Assembly: GCA_964016885.1 (NCBI GenBank)
Contig: OZ024742.1
Span: 272,862,001-272,926,000, forward strand
Direction: 5' to 3'
DNA: 64,000 nucleotides
Source of the DNA: Eledone cirrhosa
Taxonomy: Eukaryota
Part shown: positions 26,688-39,700 of the stretch, in pieces
How positions within the stretch are numbered: position 1 is the first letter of the stretch
How the letters are laid out: every line of letters begins with the position of its first letter
Made by a program: the position numbers and the translations under genes
The notes under the pieces: generated by a model
The model's database searches: none
The model's input: only the letters and a program-made list of their open reading frames with translations
Told to the model about the DNA's origin: nothing

Positions 26688-26690
<3 letters not shown>
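25085..26690. mobile_element. 1.5-kb imperfect palindrome (arms ~25085-25817 and ~25848-26598) plus tail; PLE pLTR-like
   Basis: Arms are diverged reverse complements (mirror ORFs 25560-26099 minus and 25660-25893 plus); (TA)n flanks; HHR motif at each outer end. Confidence 0.8.
26501..26597 (+). ncRNA. Type-I hammerhead-like ribozyme, U3-A8 core, long stem II, full stem III
   Basis: acctc-TTGAAAC-gt-tcggctattt...aaatagccgg-t-GAAA-cggc-ttgagctct-gccg-TC-ggggt; mirror copy has acccc-TTAAAAA, so the inferred consensus core is TTGAAAA. Confidence 0.6.
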
Positions 26691-26750
<60 letters not shown>

Positions 26751-26776
26751 CATATATACATACACATACACACACG

Positions 26777-26864
<88 letters not shown>

Positions 26865-26876
26865 ATAGTATATATA

Positions 26877-26914
<38 letters not shown>

Positions 26915-26932
26915 TATAATATATATATATTA
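26691..26932. repeat. Compound (TA)n/(CA)n microsatellite
   Basis: Directly visible. Confidence 0.95.
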
Positions 26933-27052
26933 TAGTTCAAACAGAATACTAAAAAACGAGGCAACGAAGAGACAGTACAAAATGTTAATATTAGTTTCAC
27001 GCTTCAAAGAGTTTGGGGGTGTATGTGTATATGTATATGTGTAACATATATA

Positions 27053-27245
27053 AATAATTGTTTCTACTTTCGGCCCAAGGCCAGCAATTACCCAGTACAA
27101 TACTGGTACATTATTTTATCGACCCCGTAAGGATGAAACGCAAAGTTAACCTCGGCGGGATTTGAACTCAGAATTGCATGGACAGTAACTCTATGTGTCA
27201 AAGCATGGCAACCAACACTCTACAGATACTGTCAATTCACCGCCA
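27053..27245 (-). mobile_element. tRNA-derived SINE
   Basis: Reverse complement of the 4249-4446 family. Confidence 0.85.
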
Positions 27246-27674
27246 ATTCACAGATATGAATAATGTACTTCTTTTATAGACTGTTGTATTGTATTTCGTG
27301 TAAATTTGTCAATGATTGATATGCCTATTTTCTGCTTAATTCCTTATAACACACCTTTTCTCTTTTATTGTATCCTCTCTATTAGCCCCTTTTTTAAATA
27401 CTTCTTGCTACTGATTCTTGATCAAATGTATATGACCATGCTTTTCATGTTCTTATTGCATTCCCTCTTAAATGTTTGTAAACATCTGTTATTTTCGCTT
27501 TCTTCCCATATATGGTATCCCACGAATTTTCTTTAACAAGGTTATCTGTGTTCTAACTGTTGATTTGTACTCCGATGAATGCAGTCTTGGGCTTGGATGA
27601 AACAATCGTTAGAAATTAAATGTTATTAAACAGTCTTTGTTTATTATTAATAAAGTATAAATATATATATATAT

Positions 27675-28737
27675 AAGAGAGTATTGAAGTTTGCTTGAAG
27701 CATTGTGGAATAATAAGTAAATATCTTTAAGCCGTTTGGAAGCCTCGACAATGCAAATGGGTAAATCTCCGGGTAACAAGATCCGGTGGTGGAGAGAGAG
27801 ATGTAAGTGAGTGTACGTTGAGATGCATGGTGTGTATGAGATGTGTGGAAGAATGAAGGAAAGAGTATAAAGGATAAAATAAAAAAACAACACGAGATAG
27901 AGTTACCTTGGGAGAGATTTAATAGTCCCTATATATTTCGGATTCACATCCATCAACTGGGGTTTTTTCCGGAGTGGGAGAAAGGTTGTCTGTCGGACAA
28001 GTGCGAAACGCGTCCTCCGCTGTTTGTTGTTTTGAATATCTGAGGTATTCGGCAGAGCGCGCGTGCGCGTGAATAGGGGTCGGTCGAACAGAGGTCAGCG
28101 GCCGAATGAGGGAGTGGGGTGCCGCTAGCTGTCAGTCCATTCTCTGCCTGTTTGTTAAATGTTACTGCGTGTGTGTGTGCGTGTGTTGTTGTCTCGCTTG
28201 AGTGTGTGTGTGTGTGCGTGTGTTGTTGCCTTGTTCCTCTATATGGGCAGTGTACTAATACTACACTGTTAAATGTTACTGCGTGTGTGTGTGCGTGTGT
28301 TGTTGTCTGGCTTGAGTGTGTGTGTGTGTGCGTGTGTTGTTGCCTTGTTCCTCTGTATTGGCAGTGTACTAATACGACCCCTATTCACGCGCACGCGCGC
28401 TCTGCCGAATACCTCAGATATTCAAAACAACAAACAGCGGAGGATGCGTTTCGCACTTGTCCGACAGACAACATTTCCCCCACTCCGGAAAAACCCCCAG
28501 TTGATGGATGTGAATCCGAAATATATAGGGACTATTAAATCTCTCCCAAGGTAACTCTCTCTCGTGTTGTTATTTTATTTTATCCTTTATACTCTTTCCT
28601 TCATTCTTCCACACATCTCATACACACCATGCATCTCAACGTACACCCACTTATATCTCTCTCTCCACCACCGGATCTTGTTACCCGGAGATTTACTCAT
28701 TTGCATTGTCGAGGCTTCCAAAGGACTTAAAGATATT

Positions 28738-28740
<3 letters not shown>
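27675..28740. mobile_element. Fold-back element: 366-bp inverted arms (27717-28082 and 28375-28740), spacer with 114-bp tandem duplication
   Basis: Arms are near-exact reverse complements; (TA)n flanks; termini shared with 29645-29784. Confidence 0.8.
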
Positions 28741-28798
<58 letters not shown>

Positions 28799-28823
28799 AT
28801 ATATATATATATGTATATGCATA

Positions 28824-28874
<51 letters not shown>

Positions 28875-28905
28875 ATATGTATGTATGTATGTATATATAT
28901 ATATG

Positions 28906-28958
<53 letters not shown>

Positions 28959-29061
28959 GTGTTACCTCAAAATATTAACAAATATAGACATAGACATTCA
29001 TGTGATCAAATATGACTGAATTGTAACTTTCAACATAGTCAAGGCATGTCAGGTATGAACT

Positions 29062-29119
29062 TATTTTATCTGATGAGGACGTACTGTTTAAATAGCTCTG
29101 AAATATGTATAATAAAATA
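29062..29119 (+). ncRNA. Type-I hammerhead motif in a small inverted-arm element (28957-29260)
   Basis: tattttat-CTGATGA-gga...tct-GAAA-tatgta-TA-ataaaata; 8-bp stem I. Confidence 0.65.
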
Positions 29120-29253
29120 TATTTGATCACATGAATGTCTATATTTATAAATATTTTGAAGTAATATTAATAACTCCAGAAAACCCCACTGTAGAGAGCT
29201 TCTAATCTATTGGGAAACTTTATTCATTAATTAATTCATTGAACCTGTTAAAC

Positions 29254-29436
<183 letters not shown>

Positions 29437-29604
29437 AAGTATAGAAAGAAAGTATATATATGTATATATATATATATATAAAGTATAGAAATTATTGTGA
29501 GCCTGAAGCCAACAGTAGTTGGTTATATATATATATATATATATATATATTATGAAATACTGTTGGCTTCAGGCTCACAATAATTTCTATACTTTCATAT
29601 ATAT

Positions 29605-29647
<43 letters not shown>

Positions 29648-29776
29648 GTTGTTAAAGTTTGCTTGAAGCATTGTGAAATATGTAAAATATGTAGTTTAGA
29701 AAGCCACAACAATGCAGATGGGAAATCTTCCTACCTCGAGATTTGCCATTTGCATTGTTGTGGCTTTCTAAACTAC

Positions 29777-29833
<57 letters not shown>

Positions 29834-29836
29834 ATA

Positions 29837-29898
<62 letters not shown>

Positions 29899-31051
29899 GT
29901 GTGTGTAATTGTGTATGTGTGTGTGTGTTTATATATACAATTTTTCTCTGTAGATCTAATAATCCTTTGTTAACTTCAGTGGACATTTTTTTGTTATTTT
30001 TACACATGTCTAACATTCTGTAGCACATTTTCTCATTCGTCGGGGGCGATTGTCAAAACGATCTAAATTCATATTTTCTTTGTGAATATATAAAAAATGT
30101 ACGTGTGCGTCTGTGTTTTTTAATGAGGTGTAAAGTACATGGCATCTCATGAAAAAAAAATAAGAACAGAGTAAGAACTCTAGATGATTGATTGAGAGTG
30201 GTATTGGAAGGTCTTAGGGGTGAGTGAAACGCTGTTATAGTCAGATTTACCTAAATGTCCTTTGCTGGAGAAATAAGATAAAATGCAATATATGAAACAA
30301 TATATATATTAAACACGTAAAGAAGTGACATACGAGTTCATATATATAATAGTAAAAAAGAAAGAAAGAAAAAGAGTAGAAAATGTTAATCACGGCATAA
30401 TATTTAAATATAAAAAAAATAAAGTTATCGTACCAGTTTCAGTCACATGAGCATCTTGATACCGCGGAAGAGTATAAGATTTATAATGGAATTACGCTGT
30501 ATATGAATAACAATCATAATCTATAAACCTCAGTGTGTGGTCATGATCCTTTCTTATAGAAATCTACGATATAAAATGTCTTCAATTGAAATTTACAATT
30601 CAGTATTCGAAATAGTTTCGATTGCATCTTGCCACATCTCATTTTTTTCAATTTCACCCACAATTACGCAAAAAATAGATACAACTCAATATTTTACGAT
30701 TTTCTCTGTCATTTCAACTGATAAACTCTTTCCACTACCATTCAAAATCTATATAACTTCATACTTTCTGCTACTTTCTCTTTCCAAGCTTGATGGTGAT
30801 ACTGTCCGTTTTACTCTCTGATATCATCTGCCCTCCTCTATCTACAACCCACACATTTTGCTACTTTCTCTTTTATACTTCAAATTATTACATTTCATAC
30901 GAAATGACAATTATTCAAAAGTAACAGGTACATCTATTCAACAACAAGCGATAAATCTTTTTTAAAACCTCTTTGCCAAACGCATACAAACACACATTCA
31001 CTTCAACAACAACAACAACAATCTGCCTTTTATAGACACTGATAAACAATA

Positions 31052-31508
31052 ATATCCTCTATGAGGTCACTAAACCTGCTAGAAACAGCAGCTCACTCTC
31101 CCCCATACCACACCCCTCCCTACTGTCTTAAATTTAGAAAACATATCTTCTATGAGGTCACTAAACCTGCTATAAACAGCAGCTAACTCTCCCCATATCA
31201 CACCCATCCCTACTGTCTTAAATTTAGTAAACATATCTACTATGAGGTCACTAAACCTGCTAGAAACAGCAGCTAACTCTCCCCATATCACACCCCTCCC
31301 TACTGTCTTAAATTTAGAAAACACATATCCTCTATGAGGTTACTAAACCTGCTAGAAACAGCAGCTAACTCTCCCCCATATCACACCCATCCCTACTGTC
31401 TTAAATTTAGTAAACATATCTACTATGAGGTCACTAAACCTGCTAGAAACAGCAGCTAACTCTCCTCCATATCACATCCCTCCCTACTGTCTTAAATTTA
31501 GAAAACAC
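31052..31508 (+). repeat. Minisatellite, 5 copies of ~90-92 bp
   Basis: Unit atatcctctatgaggtcactaaacctgctagaaacagcagctaactctccccatatcacacc..tactgtcttaaatttag(t/a)aaac. Confidence 0.95.
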
Positions 31509-31950
31509 ACAGACAACCATGCAGAACAACTGCACCGCAACTCTGTTGTTCGGCTGGCATAGTCTACGCGCGTGTTGCGCAAGTACTGTGAAACAATGAA
31601 TTTCAACACTTTTTTGCACAGAGATAATATCCATAGGCGAAACTACAATTGTCACTGCTGGCGCAGCTCCTGCTTCCAGGTCTGCAATTCATTCACCCGG
31701 TGCCTGGCAGACAAAAAAGTGCTGCCATAAAATGGGTGGTGCAACCTAACTTTGGTAACTTAATGATCCCGAGCCACGCCGGGCTTTAATGCTAGTATGC
31801 TATAAAATAACATGCTTTACCTATATGTATATTGAAGAGTTCACATTTTTGTGTTTCGCTTTCCTCTTTAATTATAGCAATTGTATTGAGAGTAGCACTA
31901 GCGCATTATGTTTTGTTCGTGTTGAATTCGGTTGTCACTACAGGTGGGGA

Positions 31951-32116
31951 GAAGAAGAAGAAGAAGAAGAAGAAGAAGAAGAAGAAGAAGAAGAAGAAGC
32001 AGAAGAAGAAGAAGAAGAAGAAGAAGAAGAAGAAGAAGAAGAAGAAGAAGAAGAAGAAGAAGAAGAAGAAGAAGAAGAAGAAGAAGAAGAAGAAGAAGAA
32101 GAAGAAGAAGAAGAAG
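31951..32116 (+). repeat. (GAA)n trinucleotide tract (~55 units, one GCA interruption)
   Basis: Directly visible. Confidence 0.97.
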
Positions 32117-32759
32117 ACCACGAGAGTGAAAACCACGAGAGTGAAGACGACGTTGAGAATGGGAAATGGAAGAGGTGTGGTAGTAATAAAAGTGTAATGG
32201 TAAAGAAAGAAGGGAAAGAGGATGAAGGGTTGGGCGAAGAAGATGGGAACGACTTAGAGGCGTAGTAGTAAAAGTTATTATAGTATGCATCACCGAAGAG
32301 GGAAAGCGATACACATAAATGTGTCCTCTTCTATGTATATATGTATTTAAAGCATGTTACTTAATAGCATATTCTTATTAATATACAACATAAATAAATG
32401 GTCTTATTATACAATTCCATAGCATGAAGAAACCCACGTGGCTGAAACCAGTACGATGAATTGAATTTTTGTAAATAACTGTTTTACTGTTATTGAATGA
32501 GAAAATCCAATTAGCATTTTCAACCGTTTTTTTTTACTATTATACATACATATATACATACATACATTATATATATATAAGTTATATTACATATATTATA
32601 CATGCATATATACATATATTATGGTGGCTGCCAACTCGTTTTCGAGTACGGCCAATACTTTATATCCATGTAGGAGAACCCCTACCGATGCGCTGAACGA
32701 ATGTGACTTTTTAGTCCAGCCAGCGACTTGAAAACTCTGGTACAAAGACTACACTTGTG

Positions 32760-33367
32760 ACAATTATTGACACATAGTGCTGGGCCCATGGTACCATGTG
32801 ATGACAAGTGCAGAGAAATCTCCAGATATAAAGCAATGCCTGTGCCGTGAATCTTTTATAGTGAGCAAAGGCACTGCACAAAGCCAGTCCCACTCTCTTA
32901 ACCAAGATGATATTTACCAAAAAGAAGAACAAGTCAACATCATTGGATACCATCAGGGTTGCAGGTGTTATATCAGAGGAAAGTCTGCCTGAAGATGGTG
33001 CCAAAACTGCTGAACAAATACCAGAAGGGTCGACGCATGCAAGTGTGCCAGCACATCCTTGGGCGTTTTGAAACCAAACCTGACTTGCTACGGACATTCA
33101 TCACTGGTGATGAGTCATGGATCTTCGAGTAGGACCCGGAGGGGACCCGTTTTGAAGACGTGGACGACATCAAAAAGGTCATGACGACGGAACTGTGGAG
33201 GATCCTGGGAGAATCCTTCCAGGAGTGCATGAAAGCGTGGCAAAAGAGGATGGAAAATTACATTAGACTCCAGGGGGATTATTTGAAGGAGATAACTCTT
33301 AGTGTAAAGTTTCGATTTGAATTAAATCTTTTGTGACATCAGTCCTGGAACTTTTCTGACCCACCTC

Positions 33368-33372
<5 letters not shown>
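32760..33372 (+). mobile_element. Internally deleted mariner (Tc1/mariner) relic with 3' TIR
   Basis: IRGKSA/RKVC..VPKLL, ITGDESWIFE*DPE joined directly to GTRFEDVDDIK..FQECMKAWQKR..IRLQGDY; TIR-like cagtcctggaacttttctgacccacctcgaa followed by TA. Confidence 0.8.
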
Positions 33373-33417
<45 letters not shown>

Positions 33418-33451
33418 GTATGTATGTATATATATATATATATATATAAAA

Positions 33452-33504
<53 letters not shown>

Positions 33505-33518
33505 CATACATACATACG

Positions 33519-33609
<91 letters not shown>

Positions 33610-33644
33610 ACGTATGTATGTATGTATATATATATATATACATA

Positions 33645-33820
33645 TAACGAAAGAAGTGTATTAAGGAACCAGGTGGACCATAACGCATCAGAGTACTCGA
33701 TACTTTGGGTAGTAGAGTGAGTAATAGGAAAAGAGTCAGGGCCCCGACGGCAGAGCTCAAGCCGTAAAAAACTGTTGAAACGGCTTGAGCTCTGCCGACA
33801 GGGTCCTGACACTTTTTCTA
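33645..33820. mobile_element. Mini fold-back derivative of the 25085-26690 family
   Basis: 33645-33765 is the reverse complement of 26572-26690; 33780-33818 repeats the first ~40 bp inverted; (TA)n flanks. Confidence 0.75.
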
Positions 33821-34287
33821 TATATATATATATATATATATAATTTAATCTAAATTATTGATGTTCTGGACAAACATAATCACTGTATATTTGTCAGATT
33901 AACGTAGTATTTAATTTGTTGCGCTGCTTATACTTTGACTAGTACATTGCACCTCTTTCTAGCGGATACGACGTCCAGTCCTATTTCGTATCTGAAGCCA
34001 CAGTTAAACCATTTTCTACACCATGAGCTATAGTTTTGAATACTTCCCGGATTACAAGTTATATATGTGTTTTTACTTTATTTGAAATAATCCAAAAGTG
34101 ATAATTGGTATTGCGTCTTCCAAACTTCTATCAGTTCTGATAGGTGGTAATCGATAATACATGATTAAATCGACTTTTAAAGCTGTAACCTTAAGGAAAA
34201 TAACAATGTTTCCAGCATAAATTATGCACTTGTACATTAATATGATATGCTTTTTATCTAAGGACACTACACTATATCGGGATATAC

Positions 34288-34348
<61 letters not shown>

Positions 34349-34424
34349 CGAATTATTGATGCTCAGGTCATTCATCCATTGCGCTTTTCTACCGAAAAAC
34401 ATGTATTCATGAGTGAATAATAAT

Positions 34425-34585
34425 AATATAATCATTGGTTCTACTTTTGGGAGAGGGCCAACAATTGCCCGAGTGAAATACTGGTGCTTTATTTTATCCA
34501 CCCCGCATGTATGAAAGGAAAATTTTACCTCGGTGGGATTTGAACTGAGACTGTAAAGGGCCGTTGCTCAATGCTGAAAAGTGTG
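34425..34585 (-). mobile_element. Degenerate tRNA-derived SINE
   Basis: ttttatccaccccgcatgtatgaaagg..cctcggtgggatttgaact matches the family. Confidence 0.7.
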
Positions 34586-34920
34586 GCGTCTGATCCTCTC
34601 AGGTTCGTTTGCAAGCAAATACCATGTGTGTATTTCAGATGACCAACGTCATCCTTCCGTTACAGCGGTAGCTGAGAGTAAACAGTCGATAATTGTTTCG
34701 AAGTTTTTACTCCTCATCGATACTGTGTATTCTAGTCAATGCTACCTACTGGAACTGTTGAGAATAAGTAGTATTCTGAAATGTATATATTGGTTGATTA
34801 GCTTAATTTGCATAGAGAAAAATTTTACGGCGGCTGTGCAGAAACTTAAAGAAGAGAATTTGTTTTCGCTCTGAACATGGAGGTTACCTCAAGGTAAACG
34901 TGAATAATAATATAATAATA

Positions 34921-36376
34921 CTAGCAGTTTAGCTCGGCGTTGCTCGGGTTTGTTCAACTGCGATGAAAAGTTACATACAGATAAACGTGGCATGAAAGCG
35001 AATAAGCTTATCAATTAAGTGCTTAAAACAGTTGAACCGGTTATTAAAAGTTACGAACCAATTAGCATTTGGAACAATCAATGATGAGTTAATAATCTTC
35101 CATTAGCGAATTTAACAGAGCAAAGTTGCAAGATGTTGGCCCTGATGCCGCTGGGTGTCAGATCTGTCCGCCATGGGTGACCCTACCAGGAAATAGTTTT
35201 CCAGACGGCATAGCTCCAACATCTTAAACACCTGCACCAACATCTATAGCACCTCTTTGTAGACGATATTGCATGTAATGCCTTGAGGAGTGTAAGCAAA
35301 AAGTCCATTCCTTCTCCCTACGCGGGAACAGACAACATAAAATTGGCCATGGGAAAGGCATGGCTCCTGCAAATGGATGACCGCCACCGACAATGTTCGC
35401 CCTTGTGACTTGTTAATGGACATGGCAAAACATGGTCGCACCGGGAATTGGGATCGCCGGAAATCGAACGGAATATCTGACGCCAAGAGGAAAATGTTCA
35501 TCGTTGGCAGTGTATTTGGCACAATTGCCAGAGGTACAACACTATGGGTGTTGTCATATTAATATTTAACCAATTAAAGTCGTAAAAAATAAATAATTTT
35601 TCCAATGACTCCCCCAGCAGTTAAATTATAGAGATGGGGAATACTTTATTATAGAGAGAGTGAAGAGCGACGTAGAGAGTAAAGCTAAGAAACTATAGGG
35701 AGGTGTGTAAAATAGTGCTGTCATATAGAGTGAAGAGCGACGGAGAGAGTAAAACACTTAAATTATAGAGAGGAGGAATGATCTATTATATAGAGAGGGA
35801 AGAGCGACGGAGAGAGTAAAGCTAAGAAACTATAGGGAGGTGTGTTAAACTTCAAAGCATGTAGAGATTAAAGCAGTTAAATTACAGAGAGGAAGAATAA
35901 TCTATTATAGAGAGTGGGTAGAGCGACGGAGAGAGTAAAGCTATATTTGTTGTTGTATAAATTGATGTGTTGCTTAGTTTTCAATGTTTATGTCGCTTTC
36001 CTGAACGTAGTTTTGTCGCTGTTGTAAACTGTAATGGTGATAGGGTAGTAGAGGGAGGCATTAACATTTTAAAGAGAGTTGAAGAGGAGATTGAGAGAGG
36101 AGTAGAGGAAGGTATGAACATTTTAAAGAGAGTTGCAGCATGTATGTAGTTTCATAGATTGTTGAGGGTAGTAGAGAGTGGGTTACATAATGTATTTAGT
36201 TTTATCGATTTTTTTCTTAGAAGCAGGAAATTATTGGCAAACTTTATTACGCGTTGACCATCGACGGTAAATTTGGAGCACATTGGAAAAAAACTCATCA
36301 ATATCGGTAGGGAAATGTGGAAATGCATCAAAATCATACACACACACACAGACAGACATCCGTTTTATATATATAG
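34921..36376 (-). mobile_element. Non-autonomous Helitron carrying a Pif1-helicase C-terminal fragment and a minisatellite
   Basis: Minus strand ends cccgagcaacgccgagc..CTAG|T; ORF 35244-35522 reads FRRSQFPVRPCFAMSINKSQG..SHGQFYVVCSRV; internal gagagtgaagagcgacggagagagtaaa repeats. Confidence 0.78.
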
Positions 36377-36384
36377 CGATTATT

Positions 36385-36500
36385 ATAATCCCGCCGAGGT
36401 TAACTTTGCCTTTCATCCTTACGGGGTCGATAAAATAAAGTAGCTGTAATAGACTGGAATAATCGCTGGCCTTGTGCCAAAAGTAGAAATAATTATAATA
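36385..36500 (+). mobile_element. 5'-truncated tRNA-derived SINE
   Basis: aatcccgccgaggttaactttgcctttcatccttacggggtcgataaaat. Confidence 0.85.
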
Positions 36501-36759
36501 TTATTAATATTCGGTTTAATTGCAAGCAATCAGCCTCATAAACGCCGTGTATTTTTCTAGTTGGCCAATGGCATTATTTTGTTCCTACGGAAGCTATATA
36601 TGCATACACAAACACACACTCATACACACAAACACACACGCATGCACGTACACGCACGCACATACACACGCACACACACTGACACACACACACTGACACA
36701 CACACACATACACACACATAAATATAAATGAGTTCGCACTGCTTACAAAATAAAATGCT

Positions 36760-39700
36760 CCTCACTGGATGCGCCTTAAATAGCCTTTGGCAACCAACTC
36801 CAACCCTTGGCCTTCTCGTCTGGCTTAACATGTAATCCCAGCTAAACTGTCCATACTCACTGGAGATGGGAAGAAAGCAGAATCTGGTGCCTTCAATCCA
36901 GTGCTCTGGATAGATGGTATTGTCAGACTAGGAGGGCAGTTTATCTAAGATAAGGCAATCTCTCAATATAAACCATAAATGCCTTGCGGCTAGAACCACT
37001 GAAGGGAAAATCTTTGGGAGAAATACGCGAGAATAAATCTTGAGACGAAGTCCCTAAGGCAGGTTGATGTTATATCCAACTTCGTTCTGGCAACTTCTCT
37101 GGCCCCACCGGTGCCAAGTTTTACTGGCATCTGCCTTTGGTCAACACCGGTTGTGCGGAGAGAAAAGACGTACAAAATGGGCAACTGCTGATATCCCATT
37201 AAACACTGTCTAGGCATGTGCCCGAGAATGGTCACCCTAGCGTTACCAAGCAGCTGCGACAAAACATAGAAATAGCACAACCCAAGTTCACCTCTGTGTG
37301 CGTGAGGCATAGGGATATTACTATACTCAACCGTGCACTGTAAACACTGCACCAAGAAATCAATGAAGTAACACACAAACAATATAAGGAACCGGCATTC
37401 GGACTTGGTTGTTTTAATATACTGACTATGACTACTGGTATGCTAGATGATCTTCAAATGATCATTGACCCTTGCAAAACAAAAGTTTTCAACAAGGAAT
37501 TGCCACGAATTTGAGTGGATATTGCAGCTAACCAGGTTACGTGCCTCCCAGATCTCGGGCCTCTTGATGAATGTGAATATATCTTCTTCTGGCAGAGGAT
37601 GGCATACATGAAGCCAGTAAGCATGGTGTTAGCTTTGCTTTTGAATAAGGTGGAACTCGGTAGCGACGGTTTTGAGTGGGTCGACTCACTCCGATTGCAC
37701 ACTTCGGATGGGCCTGTCAACATTGTCAATACTTATTACCGAAGCTCTATTACTCACAAGATTACAAGGATACATTTTATACAGGAAATCACAAATGGGT
37801 AACATTTGTTGCTACATGGGGACTTCAATGCCAAAGTGGTAGCCGACCACTACTCTCGGTAATATGAGACAACAGACGACTACTTGAGCTCTGTATGCTC
37901 CATGGAATATGTGTTACCAACCCCTACTTCCAGACCAAACCCAGCATGAAGTTTCCAGGCACCTTCCTCGCTCAGTGCACTGGCACAACCTAGATCTGAT
38001 CCTCTCAAGAATCTACCAGCTGAGAAATGTACTCCTGACTCTTAGTTCAGAGCGCTGACTGTGACACAGATGAATCTCTGAAAAATGGGACTCTCTTAGA
38101 AGCACCATCTATGACACTGCATTGAAGACCTTTGAGGAGGAGCGAAAAATGACATATGACTGTTCTGAAGCAAATGCAAACGAGCTCAATACGACTATGG
38201 AGGAGAACCCTATTGAAGTACAAATACCAACCCATCAGTTGCATCGATACAAGCATTGAGATTAGCTAGGAACAACACACAAAAGATTTAGAAACTCTGT
38301 GCAGGCGAAGCATCATATGACAAGTAACATTCGGGGAATGTATGAGGACATCAATAATGACATCGGCCCAGCCGAGAGCAAGATAGCTCCACTCAAATCC
38401 AGAACAGGTGATATCACCAAAGAAGAAAGAGTGCATTTGCAGAGATGGGTAGGACAGTATTTCTCACTCGACGGTAAGGAAAATAGTATCTCGGACAATG
38501 CATTTGACATCGTGGAACACCTACCTGTCATGGAGAAGTTAGATGCATTGCCTACTTCTAAAGAACTGTGCATAGCCATTGGTGGCTTAATTACTGGGAA
38601 GGCACCGGGATCTGACGGCATCCCGCCAAAGGTCAGTGCTGGGAAGAGGGGACATTCCCACAAGACATGAGATACTGCAACATTGTCACCCTTTATAAGA
38701 ACAAAAGGAGAGAAGCGACTGCAATAGCAACTGAGGCATCTCACAGCTAAGCATTGTTGGGAAGGTCTTTAACCACGTGGTCTTCAACAGAATACAGAAG
38801 ATCACTGACAGGGTATGACTTGAATCTCAATGTGGTTTCAGGTCAGAACGCTTCACCATTAACATGATCTTCTCCCCTTCAATAGCTACAGGAGAAGTGC
38901 CGAGAGCAAAGGCAACGAATCTACCCCACTGTCATCGATCTCATGAAGGCATTCGTTCTAGTTAATAGAGACGGCCTGTTCAATATCTTTGTCAGGGTTA
39001 GTTTACCTCGAAGACTTCTTAGGATATTCTACTCGTTTCTTGTAAATATGAAATGTATCGTTCAATTTGATACCCCTTATTTGGAAGCACATATCATATG
39101 CAGCAGTGTGAAGCAGGTCTGCGTGGTGGCAACCCACTCTGGGGCATCTTTTACGCATTCATGCTAAAATATACATTTGAAGAATCACCTGAAGGAGTCT
39201 TCCACACCAGATCCCATGGAAGCTCTTTTGTCTTTCAGTGCTGAAAGACTAAATCCAAATGTCCGCCAAGTATTGGTTCGAGAAATGCTGTTTCCTGATG
39301 ACGCAGTACTGGCAGCGCATGCTAAGGAACAAATGCAGCACCTCATTAACAAACTCTGGAAGCCTCACCATTAGTCTGAAATAAATAAGCCAAAGTGTCA
39401 AGCACCGTCACTCCCACCCCTCCCCCATCACGATCAACAACTATGCGTTGGAGGTGGTCCAGGAATTCACCTGCCTCGGCTCCACCATCACTGTCAACCT
39501 CTCCCTGGATCCCGAGATCAGAGGCATGAAGCCTCGACTCCTGACAGTCGTTTCCTGAGACGCATTTTGGAAATGAAGTGGACTATCAACTGTGCCAAGA
39601 TACCCAGCATTTACACCCTGATCAAGCAGCGTCATTTGCGCTGGCTCTGGCTCATACATCGTATGCAGGACGGAAGGATCCAAAAATGCTTACTGTTTGG

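Noticed and set aside
31052-31508. CRISPR-like array or tandem hammerhead (ctatgagg...gaaac)
   Set aside because: No unique spacers and the context is eukaryotic; the CUGANGA core and stem I/III pairing are absent.
36730-36800. HDV-like ribozyme at the RTE 5' end (tcctcactgg)
   Set aside because: Could not assemble the nested double pseudoknot by eye; needs a descriptor search.
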